From Mycobacteriales bacterium (GTDB lineage: Bacteria; Actinomycetota; Actinomycetes; JAFAQI01), in the NCBI GenBank assembly GCA_035501255.1, contig DATJWM010000135.1:60-64059 (forward strand): 64,000 nt of DNA, in the 5' to 3' direction. This document shows, in pieces, positions 49,312 through 57,734 of the stretch. The stretch's first letter is position 1. Each line of letters opens with the position of its first letter. The position numbers were made by a program, and so were the translations under genes. The notes beneath the pieces were generated by a model. That model was not told the origin of the DNA. It ran no database searches and saw only the letters and a program-made list of their open reading frames with translations.

Positions 49312-50322
49312 GTGCGCGGACATGCCGATCCCGAGCGCGCCAGCCGTGTCGACGACTGGTTCGCCGCGCATACCTCGGACATCGGCGACTGGTCCGCTGA
49401 CGAGCTCCGCACGCTGAAGACAACGCAGCGGATCGCCGTCGTACTCCCGGCGTTGGACGAGGAAGAGACCGTCGGTGACATCGTTGCCCGGATTCGGGCC
49501 GATCTCGCCACCGGCGAAGGCGATCTGGTCGACGAGATCATCGTCGTCGACAGCGACTCCCGGGACGGCACCGCCGCAGTCGCGGCGGCGAACGGAGCCC
49601 GGGTGGTTGCACTCGGCGACGTCCTCGGCCACCTTCGGTCCCGGCGAGGCAAGGGCGAGGCGATGTGGCGCGGACTCGCCGCCACGGACGCCGATCTCGT
49701 CGTGTTCGTCGACGCCGACCTCCAGTCGTTCGACGCGCGGTTCGTCGTGGCGCTGCTCGGTCCGCTACTCACCGACTCCTCAACCCGGTTCGTCAAAGCG
49801 GCCTACGACCGCCCGCCCACCGACCCGTCCGTTCCGAGCAACGGCGGCGGGCGGGTCACCGAGCTGATGGCCCGACCCTGGATCGCGACCTTCTGGCCAG
49901 AACTGTCCGGCGTACTCCAGCCTCTCGCCGGCGAGTACGCCGCCCGCGCCGACCTCTTGCGCGCGATGCCGTTTCGATGCGGGTACGGGGTCGACCTCGG
50001 CCTGCTGCTGGACGCCTACCGCGTGGTCGGCCTCGACGGCCTCGCCCAAGTCGACCTGCACCGCCGATGGCATCGGCACTCCGACCTTGCCTCACTCGGC
50101 CGGATGGCGGCCGAGGTGATGCACACCGCGATCGACCGGCTCGAGTCCGAGGGACGCCTGCCGGCCGACCTCGTCCGCGCGACGACGCTGCTCCAGCCCG
50201 ACCGGACCGAGGGCGGAGTGCGCACGAGCAGGCACGACATCGACACCGCGGAGCGGCCGCCGCTCGTCGACCTTCTGGCCGCGCCGGCCGATCAGTCGAG
50301 CAACCAGGACTCGACGAAGTAG
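49312..50322 (+). CDS. gpgS: Glucosyl-3-phosphoglycerate synthase (GT81)
   Basis: AVVLPALDEEETV, GKGEAMWR, VFVDADL, GGGRVTELMARP and LAGEYAA are collinear with mycobacterial GpgS as recalled. The folP neighbourhood matches Rv1207-Rv1208 synteny. Confidence 0.85.
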   Translation: MRGHADPERASRVDDWFAAHTSDIGDWSADELRTLKTTQRIAVVLPALDEEETVGDIVARIRADLATGEGDLVDEIIVVDSDSRDGTAAVAAANGARVVALGDVLGHLRSRRGKGEAMWRGLAATDADLVVFVDADLQSFDARFVVALLGPLLTDSSTRFVKAAYDRPPTDPSVPSNGGGRVTELMARPWIATFWPELSGVLQPLAGEYAARADLLRAMPFRCGYGVDLGLLLDAYRVVGLDGLAQVDLHRRWHRHSDLASLGRMAAEVMHTAIDRLESEGRLPADLVRATTLLQPDRTEGGVRTSRHDIDTAERPPLVDLLAAPADQSSNQDSTK

Positions 50323-50969
50323 CCCACCCCGTACGGCGCGACGTGAAGCGTCGGGCCTCCCGCGGTGATGGCAGCGGCTTGGGAGTCCACCAGGCGCGAG
50401 ACCCACTGCCACACCGGCAGCCCGTGGCACATCACCTCGGTCGCGAGGCCAGCATCGACGGTCGCCAGCGCAGCCACGTCCCCGTCGCGCAGCGCCGCAG
50501 CGATCCGCAGGTCGAACGCCTCCGCCCGGGGGTCGAGATGCCCCGGTGCCTTCTCACTGCGCCGCGCGCTGCCATCGCCGACGGCCACGACCGCGAAGAC
50601 CCCGGGGGGGAACTCCGCCGGCGGTTCGGCCCCCTGGACGGCACCGAGCCACGAGCGCGGCCCTGACCAGCCGCATTCGTCGAGGAGCCAGGCACCGACG
50701 CCGAGCTGCCACGGCAACCGCGGTCGCCGGTCGACGACGCGACGTTCAACCCCGAAGCCGCCGAAGTCCCACGTGAGGTCACCGTCGCCGGCGTAGGCAA
50801 CCGGCGTCGGCGCGACGACGAGCACCCGATCAGGCGCGGCGGCGAGCGCCGTCCGGACGGCGGCCACGGCAGCGGCGCGCAGCTCCGCGTCGCGGTCCGC
50901 CGACCCGCCTGCGACGGAGGGGATCAGCAACGGCGCGGCGGGTACGAACGCGATCGAGCAGCAGCTCAC
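50292..50969 (-). CDS. Conserved hypothetical protein (possibly class III extradiol dioxygenase subunit B-like fold)
   Basis: The ORF has protein-like composition and 4-nt coupling to folP upstream. The family assignment is a weak recollection only. Confidence 0.5.
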   Translation of the reverse strand: MSCCSIAFVPAAPLLIPSVAGGSADRDAELRAAAVAAVRTALAAAPDRVLVVAPTPVAYAGDGDLTWDFGGFGVERRVVDRRPRLPWQLGVGAWLLDECGWSGPRSWLGAVQGAEPPAEFPPGVFAVVAVGDGSARRSEKAPGHLDPRAEAFDLRIAAALRDGDVAALATVDAGLATEVMCHGLPVWQWVSRLVDSQAAAITAGGPTLHVAPYGVGYFVESWLLD

Positions 50970-51895
50970 GCGAGGGCCCGCCGCCCGACGGCGAGATCAC
51001 GATCGCCCCGGATGGCGGCGACGACGCTCAGAACCCGCCACGTGGCGGTGACGTCGTGCGCCCGGAAGATCCGGGCGCCGAGCCAGGCCGCAACCGCCGT
51101 GGCCGACAGCGTCCCTTCGAGGCGCTCGTCCGGAGGCAGGTCGAGCACCTCACCGATGAAGTCCTTGCGCGACATCGCCATCAGTACCGGCCAGCCCGTG
51201 TCGACCAAAGCGGGGGTGTGCCGGGTGAGCAGCAACGAGTGCCGGCTGTTCTTGCCGAAGTCATGAGCCGGGTCGATCACGATCCCGTCCGCGCGGACAC
51301 CGGCAGCCACGGCGGTCTCGGCGAGACCGACAAGATAGGCGGTCGCCTCCGCCACCACATCGTCGTACCAGACCCGGTGCGGACGGGTCCGGGGCGACTG
51401 CCGGCCGGCGTGCGTGCAGACGAGCCCGGCGTCGTGCCGAGCGGCAACCGCGACGAGGTCCGGATCGACCCCTCCCCAGGCATCGTTGATCACGTCGGCA
51501 CCGGCCCGGCACACCACGTCGGCAACCGCCGAACGCCACGTGTCGACGCTGATCACCAGGTCCGGGTGTCGACGCCGTGCACCCTCGACGACCGGCAGGA
51601 CGCGCGCCAGCTCGTCCTCCGCGTTGACCTCGCCACCCGGCGCTGCCTTGATCCCCCCAATATCGACGATCTCCGCGCCCTCGGAGACGACTTCGTCGAT
51701 TCGGTGGAGCGCGGCGTCGACGCCGAAGGTCCGGCCGCGGTCATAGAAGGAGTCCGGGGTCGCGTTGACGATCGCCATCACCGCGAGGTGATCCGGGGTA
51801 AATGTCCGCCGGCCCCAGCGCAAGACCCTGCCGGTGCGCGTGCCGGCCTCATCACCGGTCGAAGGGTCCACCCCGGCATGGTAGAGAGCGGGCAC
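50966..51895 (-). CDS. folP: Dihydropteroate synthase (FolP2-like paralogue by context)
   Basis: IVNATPDSFYD, DIGG, and INDAWGG motifs, plus the RAHDV C-terminal motif. Confidence 0.88.
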   Translation of the reverse strand: MPALYHAGVDPSTGDEAGTRTGRVLRWGRRTFTPDHLAVMAIVNATPDSFYDRGRTFGVDAALHRIDEVVSEGAEIVDIGGIKAAPGGEVNAEDELARVLPVVEGARRRHPDLVISVDTWRSAVADVVCRAGADVINDAWGGVDPDLVAVAARHDAGLVCTHAGRQSPRTRPHRVWYDDVVAEATAYLVGLAETAVAAGVRADGIVIDPAHDFGKNSRHSLLLTRHTPALVDTGWPVLMAMSRKDFIGEVLDLPPDERLEGTLSATAVAAWLGARIFRAHDVTATWRVLSVVAAIRGDRDLAVGRRALA

Positions 51896-51926
51896 GACCG
51901 GCCCACCGGCACCGCCCCACGCGGTC

Positions 51927-53270
51927 TCAGTGCACGTGAACGGAGATCGCGCCCGACTCGCCTGATGTCCCGGCGTCGTTCACGGCCCGAACGGTGAAGG
52001 TGTACCGGTGATGACGAGGCAACCGGCCGGTGGTCAGCGTGCGACCCACGCCGACGGCGCGACGATGAACCTCACCCAGCGTCCCCTGTCGCCGGATGAC
52101 GACGTACCCCTCGAGCCCCCCGCCGGTGCGGCGCGGCGGCCGCCACGAGATCTGCACGCGATGCCTCGCTACCTCAACCGCTGAGACTCCGCGCGGCGCG
52201 CTCGGAGGCACCCTCCACACCGCCACCCCGCGAGGGGCGTGCAGGCGGGTCGCCGCGCCGGCGATGGTCACGGCGGGGGCGACGTTACCGTCGGTCGCGG
52301 CGCCGAAGCGGACGATCCGGGTGTGGGTCGCGTCCGGCACCCACACCCTGGCCTTCGCGTCGAGCCCCGGGAAGCCCGGCTCAGCCAGCGCGGTCCGGCT
52401 GCCGACAATTCGCCTGACCGGCGCCACATTGCCAACCGCACCCGGCGCGAACGACACCATCGCGCTGGCGTGGTGCCGATCGGGATCGCTCGCCACGGTC
52501 AGCCCGCCGGCGCGGTCGACCGTCAGCGCGGCGGGGTAGTCCAGCGTCGTGCGCGAGCCGGAGATCACCCGGTTGGCGGACAGGTTCCCCGTACCGGTCG
52601 CCGGGAACCGCTGCAGCGCCGGCGCGGGTAGCCCGCTGCCCCCCTCGACGTGCGTGACCCACACGCTCGCACCCGCAATTGCGATCCCCCCGGCGGGGAA
52701 GAGCCTGGTACGCCGCCCGGCGATCCGACGCAGCGGCGCGACGTTGCCATTCGCACCCGCCGCGAACTCCAGGACTGACGCCGATCCGTCGGAGACGCTG
52801 TCGTTGAGTACCCACACATTGCCCGCGGGATCGACGGCGAGCGCCACCGGGGAGTGCAACCGGGTCTTCGCTCCGGCGATTGTGGCGACCGGGCGGACAT
52901 TGCCTGTCGTGCGACCGGCGTACTCGGCGAGCAGGTTGTGGGTCGGGATGCTCACCCACACCATGCCGCTAGCTGTGACCGCAAGGTCGGTCGCGCCGGC
53001 AAGCTCGGTCCTCGCGCCCGCGATCCGGGTCAGCGGAGCGGCCGCGCCCGAGGCATGCGCCGAGTAGGTCGTGATGGCGCTGGGCGCATGATTGAGCACG
53101 ACGATCGTCCCGGGTGCGGGCCCGGGCGGGGACGCCGCGAGCCGCGTCGGCCGGATTTCTGCGGCCGCCACCGGTGCGGCAACGCCGCCGGCGACGAGTG
53201 CGAGCGCGATGAGGGCGGCGACCCGGGCACTCGGCCGGGTGTGACCCGTGATCGTCACCATGCCCGGCAC
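51927..53270 (-). CDS. Secreted beta-propeller (NHL-like repeat) protein with a C-terminal fibronectin type III domain
   Basis: Signal peptide. At least five repeats of the pattern GNV(A/R)P...I.G..T.L..P.G.AVD. FN3-like tail (VQISWRPP...YTFTVRAVNDAGTSG). Confidence 0.7.
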   Translation of the reverse strand: MPGMVTITGHTRPSARVAALIALALVAGGVAAPVAAAEIRPTRLAASPPGPAPGTIVVLNHAPSAITTYSAHASGAAAPLTRIAGARTELAGATDLAVTASGMVWVSIPTHNLLAEYAGRTTGNVRPVATIAGAKTRLHSPVALAVDPAGNVWVLNDSVSDGSASVLEFAAGANGNVAPLRRIAGRRTRLFPAGGIAIAGASVWVTHVEGGSGLPAPALQRFPATGTGNLSANRVISGSRTTLDYPAALTVDRAGGLTVASDPDRHHASAMVSFAPGAVGNVAPVRRIVGSRTALAEPGFPGLDAKARVWVPDATHTRIVRFGAATDGNVAPAVTIAGAATRLHAPRGVAVWRVPPSAPRGVSAVEVARHRVQISWRPPRRTGGGLEGYVVIRRQGTLGEVHRRAVGVGRTLTTGRLPRHHRYTFTVRAVNDAGTSGESGAISVHVH

Positions 53271-53346
53271 ACCTCATTCACCCACGGCCGCCGGGTCCGG
53301 TCGAGGGACGACGCGCCGCCGATCCGGTCTGCCCTACGGTGGGTCG

Positions 53347-54237
53347 ATGGACCGGGACGGCGAGGGGGCAGGGCAAGAAAACGGGCGGCGCCGTCTGCTC
53401 GACATCCTCGATCTGGAGCAGATCGACCTGCGGTATTACCGGGGCTTCACCCCGGACACGGACTCCATCCGGGTCTTCGGCGGCCAGGTCGCCGGCCAGG
53501 CGCTCGTGGCCGCCGGCCGGACCGTCGAGCCGGGTAAGGACGTCCACTCACTGCACGCCTACTTCTTGCGGCCTGGCGATCCGAGGCTTCCGATCCTGTA
53601 CGACGTCGACGTGGTGAGGGACGGGCGCTCGTTTGCGACCCGGCGCGTGGTCGCGATCCAGCGAGGCGAGGCGATCTTCAACCTCGCGGCATCGTTTCAC
53701 TGCGACGAGGAGGGTCTGAGCCATCAGGTCGCGACGCTTGACGCCCCACCCCCGCAGGACGTTCCGGAGATCGACCTCAACAACGCCGATCCCGAAGCGG
53801 TCGCCTGGTGGGAGATGATCCGGGCGCGCTTCCCGCTCGACTACCGCTTCGTCGACCCCCTCCCGAGCGCCGCTCCCGCCCCGCCGCCGACCACCCGGCA
53901 GCGGGTCTGGCTGCGCTCGGCGGAACCGCTCGGCGACGACCCGCTGATGCACGTGTGCGCGCTGGCCTACGCCTCCGATCTGTTCCTGATCAGCTCCGCT
54001 CTCCGCCCGCACCGGATGACGCTCCGCCAGTCGGGGGTGTCTGCGGCCAGCCTCGACCACGCGATGTGGTTCCATCAGCGGTTTCGTGCCGATGAGTGGC
54101 TCTTATACGACCAGGAGGGGTCCTGGACCGGCCACGGCCGCGGGCTCGCTCGCGGCCAGGTGCTCAATCAGTCCGGTCAGCTCGTCGCGACGGTGATCCA
54201 GGAGGGGTTGTTGCGGCTCCGTCCGGCCGGGCGATAG
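53347..54237 (+). CDS. tesB: Acyl-CoA thioesterase II
   Basis: LLDILDLEQID...RVFGGQVAGQAL...HSLHAYFLRPGD...VRDGRSF follows the double hot-dog TesB pattern. ATG at 53347. Confidence 0.85.
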   Translation: MDRDGEGAGQENGRRRLLDILDLEQIDLRYYRGFTPDTDSIRVFGGQVAGQALVAAGRTVEPGKDVHSLHAYFLRPGDPRLPILYDVDVVRDGRSFATRRVVAIQRGEAIFNLAASFHCDEEGLSHQVATLDAPPPQDVPEIDLNNADPEAVAWWEMIRARFPLDYRFVDPLPSAAPAPPPTTRQRVWLRSAEPLGDDPLMHVCALAYASDLFLISSALRPHRMTLRQSGVSAASLDHAMWFHQRFRADEWLLYDQEGSWTGHGRGLARGQVLNQSGQLVATVIQEGLLRLRPAGR

Positions 54238-54307
54238 AGGCCGAAGCGCGCCGCACTAGTGTCGGGTGGGCAGCGCCGGCTGCACGCCACCACCGGAAAG
54301 GCCTCCC

Positions 54308-55357
54308 GTGACCGACCGCCTGCAACTGTCCGCGATCGTGCATCTCGGGAGTGACACGGGCCGCTCACTCGAACGGGCGGTGGCGCTCGAGCAAGCCGGA
54401 ATCGACGTGATCAGCATCGCCGAGGCCTACGGAGTCGACGCGGTCAGCCTGCTGGGGTACGTCGCCGCGAAGACGACGACGGCCCGCTTGATGTCGGCGA
54501 TCATGCCGCTGTACTCCCGTACCCCGACCCTGATCGCGATGACCGCCGCCGGGCTGGATCTGATCTCCGGCGGGCGCTTCATGCTCGGACTCGGGGCGAG
54601 TGGACCGCAGGTGATCGAGGGCTGGCACGGCGTACCGTACGACGCACCCCTCGGCCGCACCCGCGAGACGATCGAGATCTGCCGATCGGTCTGGAAGCGC
54701 GAACGGGTCGAGTACGCCGGCAAGCACTACACCTTGCCTCTTCCGCCCGAGAAGGGGACCGGGCTCGGCAAGCCGCTGAAGCTCATCACGCACCCCTATC
54801 GCTCGGACATACCGATCTTTCTGGCGGCGCTCGGCGAGAAGAACGTCGAACTCACGGCCGAGATGGCGCAAGGGTGGATCCCGTTCCTGTTCGTTCCCGA
54901 GCTTGCCGATCGGGTATGGGGCGCGGCACTCGATCGCGGCGGCCGCACGCGGGACGCGGCGCTTGGCCCCCTCCAGGTCGTGGCGGGTGCACCACTGGCG
55001 ATCGGCCCCGATACCGCCAGGTTGCGCGACGCCGAACGCCCGCACATCGCGCTCTACGTCGGCGGGATGGGCGCGCGGGGCAAGAACTTCTACAACGACG
55101 TCGCCGCCCGCTACGGGTTCGAGGCAGAGGCGAAGCTGATCCAGGATCTGTACCTCGAGGGCAAGCGCGAGCAGGCCGAGGCAGCCGTGCCACAGGCGCT
55201 GATCGACGGGATGTCGCTGATCGGCGAGGAGGCCTACATCAAGGACCGGCTGGCCGCGTACCGCGACGCCGGCGTCACCATGATTCAGATCGACCCGATC
55301 GGTCCGGATCCGATCGGCGACGTCCGCCGCTTGCGTGAGCTCCTCGACTCGGTCTGA
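54308..55357 (+). CDS. LLM-class (luciferase-like) F420-dependent oxidoreductase
   Basis: Luciferase-like TIM-barrel pattern (AEAYGVDAVSLLGYVAA...GLGASGPQVIEGWHG...). GTG at 54308. Confidence 0.85.
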   Translation: MTDRLQLSAIVHLGSDTGRSLERAVALEQAGIDVISIAEAYGVDAVSLLGYVAAKTTTARLMSAIMPLYSRTPTLIAMTAAGLDLISGGRFMLGLGASGPQVIEGWHGVPYDAPLGRTRETIEICRSVWKRERVEYAGKHYTLPLPPEKGTGLGKPLKLITHPYRSDIPIFLAALGEKNVELTAEMAQGWIPFLFVPELADRVWGAALDRGGRTRDAALGPLQVVAGAPLAIGPDTARLRDAERPHIALYVGGMGARGKNFYNDVAARYGFEAEAKLIQDLYLEGKREQAEAAVPQALIDGMSLIGEEAYIKDRLAAYRDAGVTMIQIDPIGPDPIGDVRRLRELLDSV

Positions 55358-55384
55358 CCCGACGGGTGATCCGATGACGACGAG

Positions 55385-56410
55385 GTGAGCACGTCCCCCG
55401 GATGGCCGGCACGCTTCGTTCTCGACGAGCACGGTACGCCGATCGACCCCGTGCGCTTCGTCGACCTCGACGGACCCCTCGAGGAGGACCTGCCGACCCG
55501 CCTGTCGGCGAGTTCGGCGATCCTCGTCGGCCGGACCACCGCACCTACTGCTGTCTCGCCCGCGCTGCTCGACGCGGTCGACCTCACGCTGACCGAAGCC
55601 GATCCTGTGCTCGGCAGAGGCCTTCCGGCCCAGCTCATCGGGGTCGAGAGCCTCGCCACCGCGACCGCAGAGTTGGAACGCGCGATCGCCGACTCACCGG
55701 CCGCTGCCGTGATCCTCGCCACGCTCCTCCGTCACACCCCGCGGCTGTCGATCGCGGAGGCGCTGAACGCGGAGTCCCTCGCCTACTCGACGCTGCTCGC
55801 CAGCGGCCGGTTCGCTCGCTGGCGGGCGTCTCGCCCGGTCCGCAACGACCCCGGACCCAGCCGCCCCGCGGTGTCCGTCGACCGCACCGGCGAGGTGTTG
55901 ACGGTCGTCCTCGACCGCCCGGAGCGACGCAACGCTTTCGGCCGGTGGGTCCGCGACGCCCTGTGCGACGCCCTGGATCTCGCGCTGCTCGACGCAACGA
56001 TCGCGCAGGTGGTGGTCTCCGGCCGCGGCCCGTCGTTTTGCAGTGGCGGCGATTTGGACGAGTTCGGTAGCCAGACCGATCTCGCGGTCGCACACCTGAT
56101 CCGCACGACTCGCAGCGTGGGCAGGCGACTTCACGACCTCGGGCCGCGGGTCGTTGTCGAAGTCCACGGCGCGTGCGTCGGTGCCGGCACCGAGCTGGCG
56201 GCGTTCGCCCAGCGGGTCCGCGGCCACGATGACGCCTACTTCGAGCTACCCGAGCTCGCCATGGGTCTGATCCCGGGCGCTGGAGGCACGGTCAGCCTGC
56301 CGCGCCGGATCGGACGCTGGCGGACCGCCTGGCTTGCGCTCACCGGCACCCGGATCGACCTCGCGACCGCGACCGCGTGGGGACTGGTGGACACCCGTGT
56401 CGGCGAGTGA
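55385..56410 (+). CDS. Crotonase-family protein with atypical domain order
   Basis: Residues about 165-341 hold the crotonase core (FCSGGDL, GACVGAGTELAAFA, GLIPGAGGT) but stop right after the GLVD segment. Residues about 85-150 look like the crotonase C-terminal helical region. Confidence 0.75.
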   Translation: MSTSPGWPARFVLDEHGTPIDPVRFVDLDGPLEEDLPTRLSASSAILVGRTTAPTAVSPALLDAVDLTLTEADPVLGRGLPAQLIGVESLATATAELERAIADSPAAAVILATLLRHTPRLSIAEALNAESLAYSTLLASGRFARWRASRPVRNDPGPSRPAVSVDRTGEVLTVVLDRPERRNAFGRWVRDALCDALDLALLDATIAQVVVSGRGPSFCSGGDLDEFGSQTDLAVAHLIRTTRSVGRRLHDLGPRVVVEVHGACVGAGTELAAFAQRVRGHDDAYFELPELAMGLIPGAGGTVSLPRRIGRWRTAWLALTGTRIDLATATAWGLVDTRVGE

Positions 56411-57734
56411 GGACCACGTGCCGGCCGCCCTCGGTCTCGTGACCGACCTGATCGCCAACGACCGCGCCGTCGCAGCCTGGGCAGCAAGTGGCGGCATGTG
56501 GCTCACCGGGGCGCCGGCCGGACCACCGCACCCGCACGGCGCGGGAGCGGGTGCGCTCGCGCGGGCCAGCCTGGAGGTGGTCGCCGGTCTGGCCGAGGCC
56601 CGCACGGGCCGGCGCCCCCACCTGCCCACGGCAACCCTCCTCGGTGAACGTGCGGCCATCGCCTCCCTGCACCGCAACGCCCCCTGGTCCGCGGGCGGCG
56701 CGACCCGCACCGTCCGCGGCGCCGACCGCTGGTGGGCCCTCACCCTCTCCCGTGCATCGGACGTTGAGACCATCGCAGCTCTGGTCGAGGGGCCTTCGGG
56801 CCCCGATCCCTGGACCACGGTGGACGAGTGGGCGGCAACCGTCCCGGCGGTCGAGGCGGTCGATCGGGCACAGCTGTTGGGGCTGCCCGCAGCCGTCGTC
56901 CCCGACCGCCCCGACGAGACCGACGACCAGCGTGACCAGCGAGGACCGAACGCCGTGATCGTGACCCGCGGCGGGAGACGCGGTAGTCCGGCCCGGCCAC
57001 TTGTGGTCGACTTCACCGCCCTGTGGGCCGGACCGCTGTGTTCAGCGCTTCTCGGTGCCGCCGGCTGCGAGGTGGTCAAAGTCGAGAGCGCGCGGCGACT
57101 CGACGGCGCCCGGCTCGGCCCGTCGCTCTTCTACGACCTGCTGCACGCGGGCCATCGCAGCATCACGCTGGACTTCACCGACGCCGACGACCGCGCTCGG
57201 TTGCGGTCGTTGATCGACCGCGCTGACGTGGTGCTCGAGGCCTCACGCCCGCGGGCGCTGGAACACCTCGGCATCAACGCCCACGAGGTCGTCCAGGCAG
57301 GAACGATCTGGGTCAGCATCACCGCCTACGGCCGCACCGGACCCTGGGCCAACCGCGCCGGCTTTGGCGACGACGCGGCGCTCGCCGGCGGTCTTCACAC
57401 CGTCGTCGATGGCCGGCCGGCGCCCTGCGCAGACGCCGTCGCGGACCCGCTCACCGGCGTGTACGCCGCAGCCGCCGCGAGCGGCGCGCTGGGCGCCGAC
57501 CACGCCGCGCTGCTCGACGTCTCCATGCGCGACGTCGCCGCTGTCGCCGCCGGGGTCGTGGTGCCGAGCTGTGCGGTCGACGGCAGCGAGGCGGACGGGT
57601 GGTGGGTCGAGTGCGACGGTGGTCGGGTCGAGGTCGCCCGCCCCGTGCACCGCATCCCTCGCGCCCGCGCCGCCCGACCCGGCGCCGACAACGTCGCCAT
57701 CCTCGGCACCGATCGCCGGGGCGCCGCGTGCTGA
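56397..57734 (+). CDS. Family III (CaiB/BaiF) CoA-transferase with atypical domain order
   Basis: The canonical N-terminal Rossmann part (LVVDFTALWAGPLCSALLGAAGCEVVKVE...HRSITLDF...ADVVLEASRP...ITAYGRTGPW) occupies the C-terminal half. GTG at 56397 overlaps the upstream stop. Confidence 0.8.
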   Translation: MSASEDHVPAALGLVTDLIANDRAVAAWAASGGMWLTGAPAGPPHPHGAGAGALARASLEVVAGLAEARTGRRPHLPTATLLGERAAIASLHRNAPWSAGGATRTVRGADRWWALTLSRASDVETIAALVEGPSGPDPWTTVDEWAATVPAVEAVDRAQLLGLPAAVVPDRPDETDDQRDQRGPNAVIVTRGGRRGSPARPLVVDFTALWAGPLCSALLGAAGCEVVKVESARRLDGARLGPSLFYDLLHAGHRSITLDFTDADDRARLRSLIDRADVVLEASRPRALEHLGINAHEVVQAGTIWVSITAYGRTGPWANRAGFGDDAALAGGLHTVVDGRPAPCADAVADPLTGVYAAAAASGALGADHAALLDVSMRDVAAVAAGVVVPSCAVDGSEADGWWVECDGGRVEVARPVHRIPRARAARPGADNVAILGTDRRGAAC

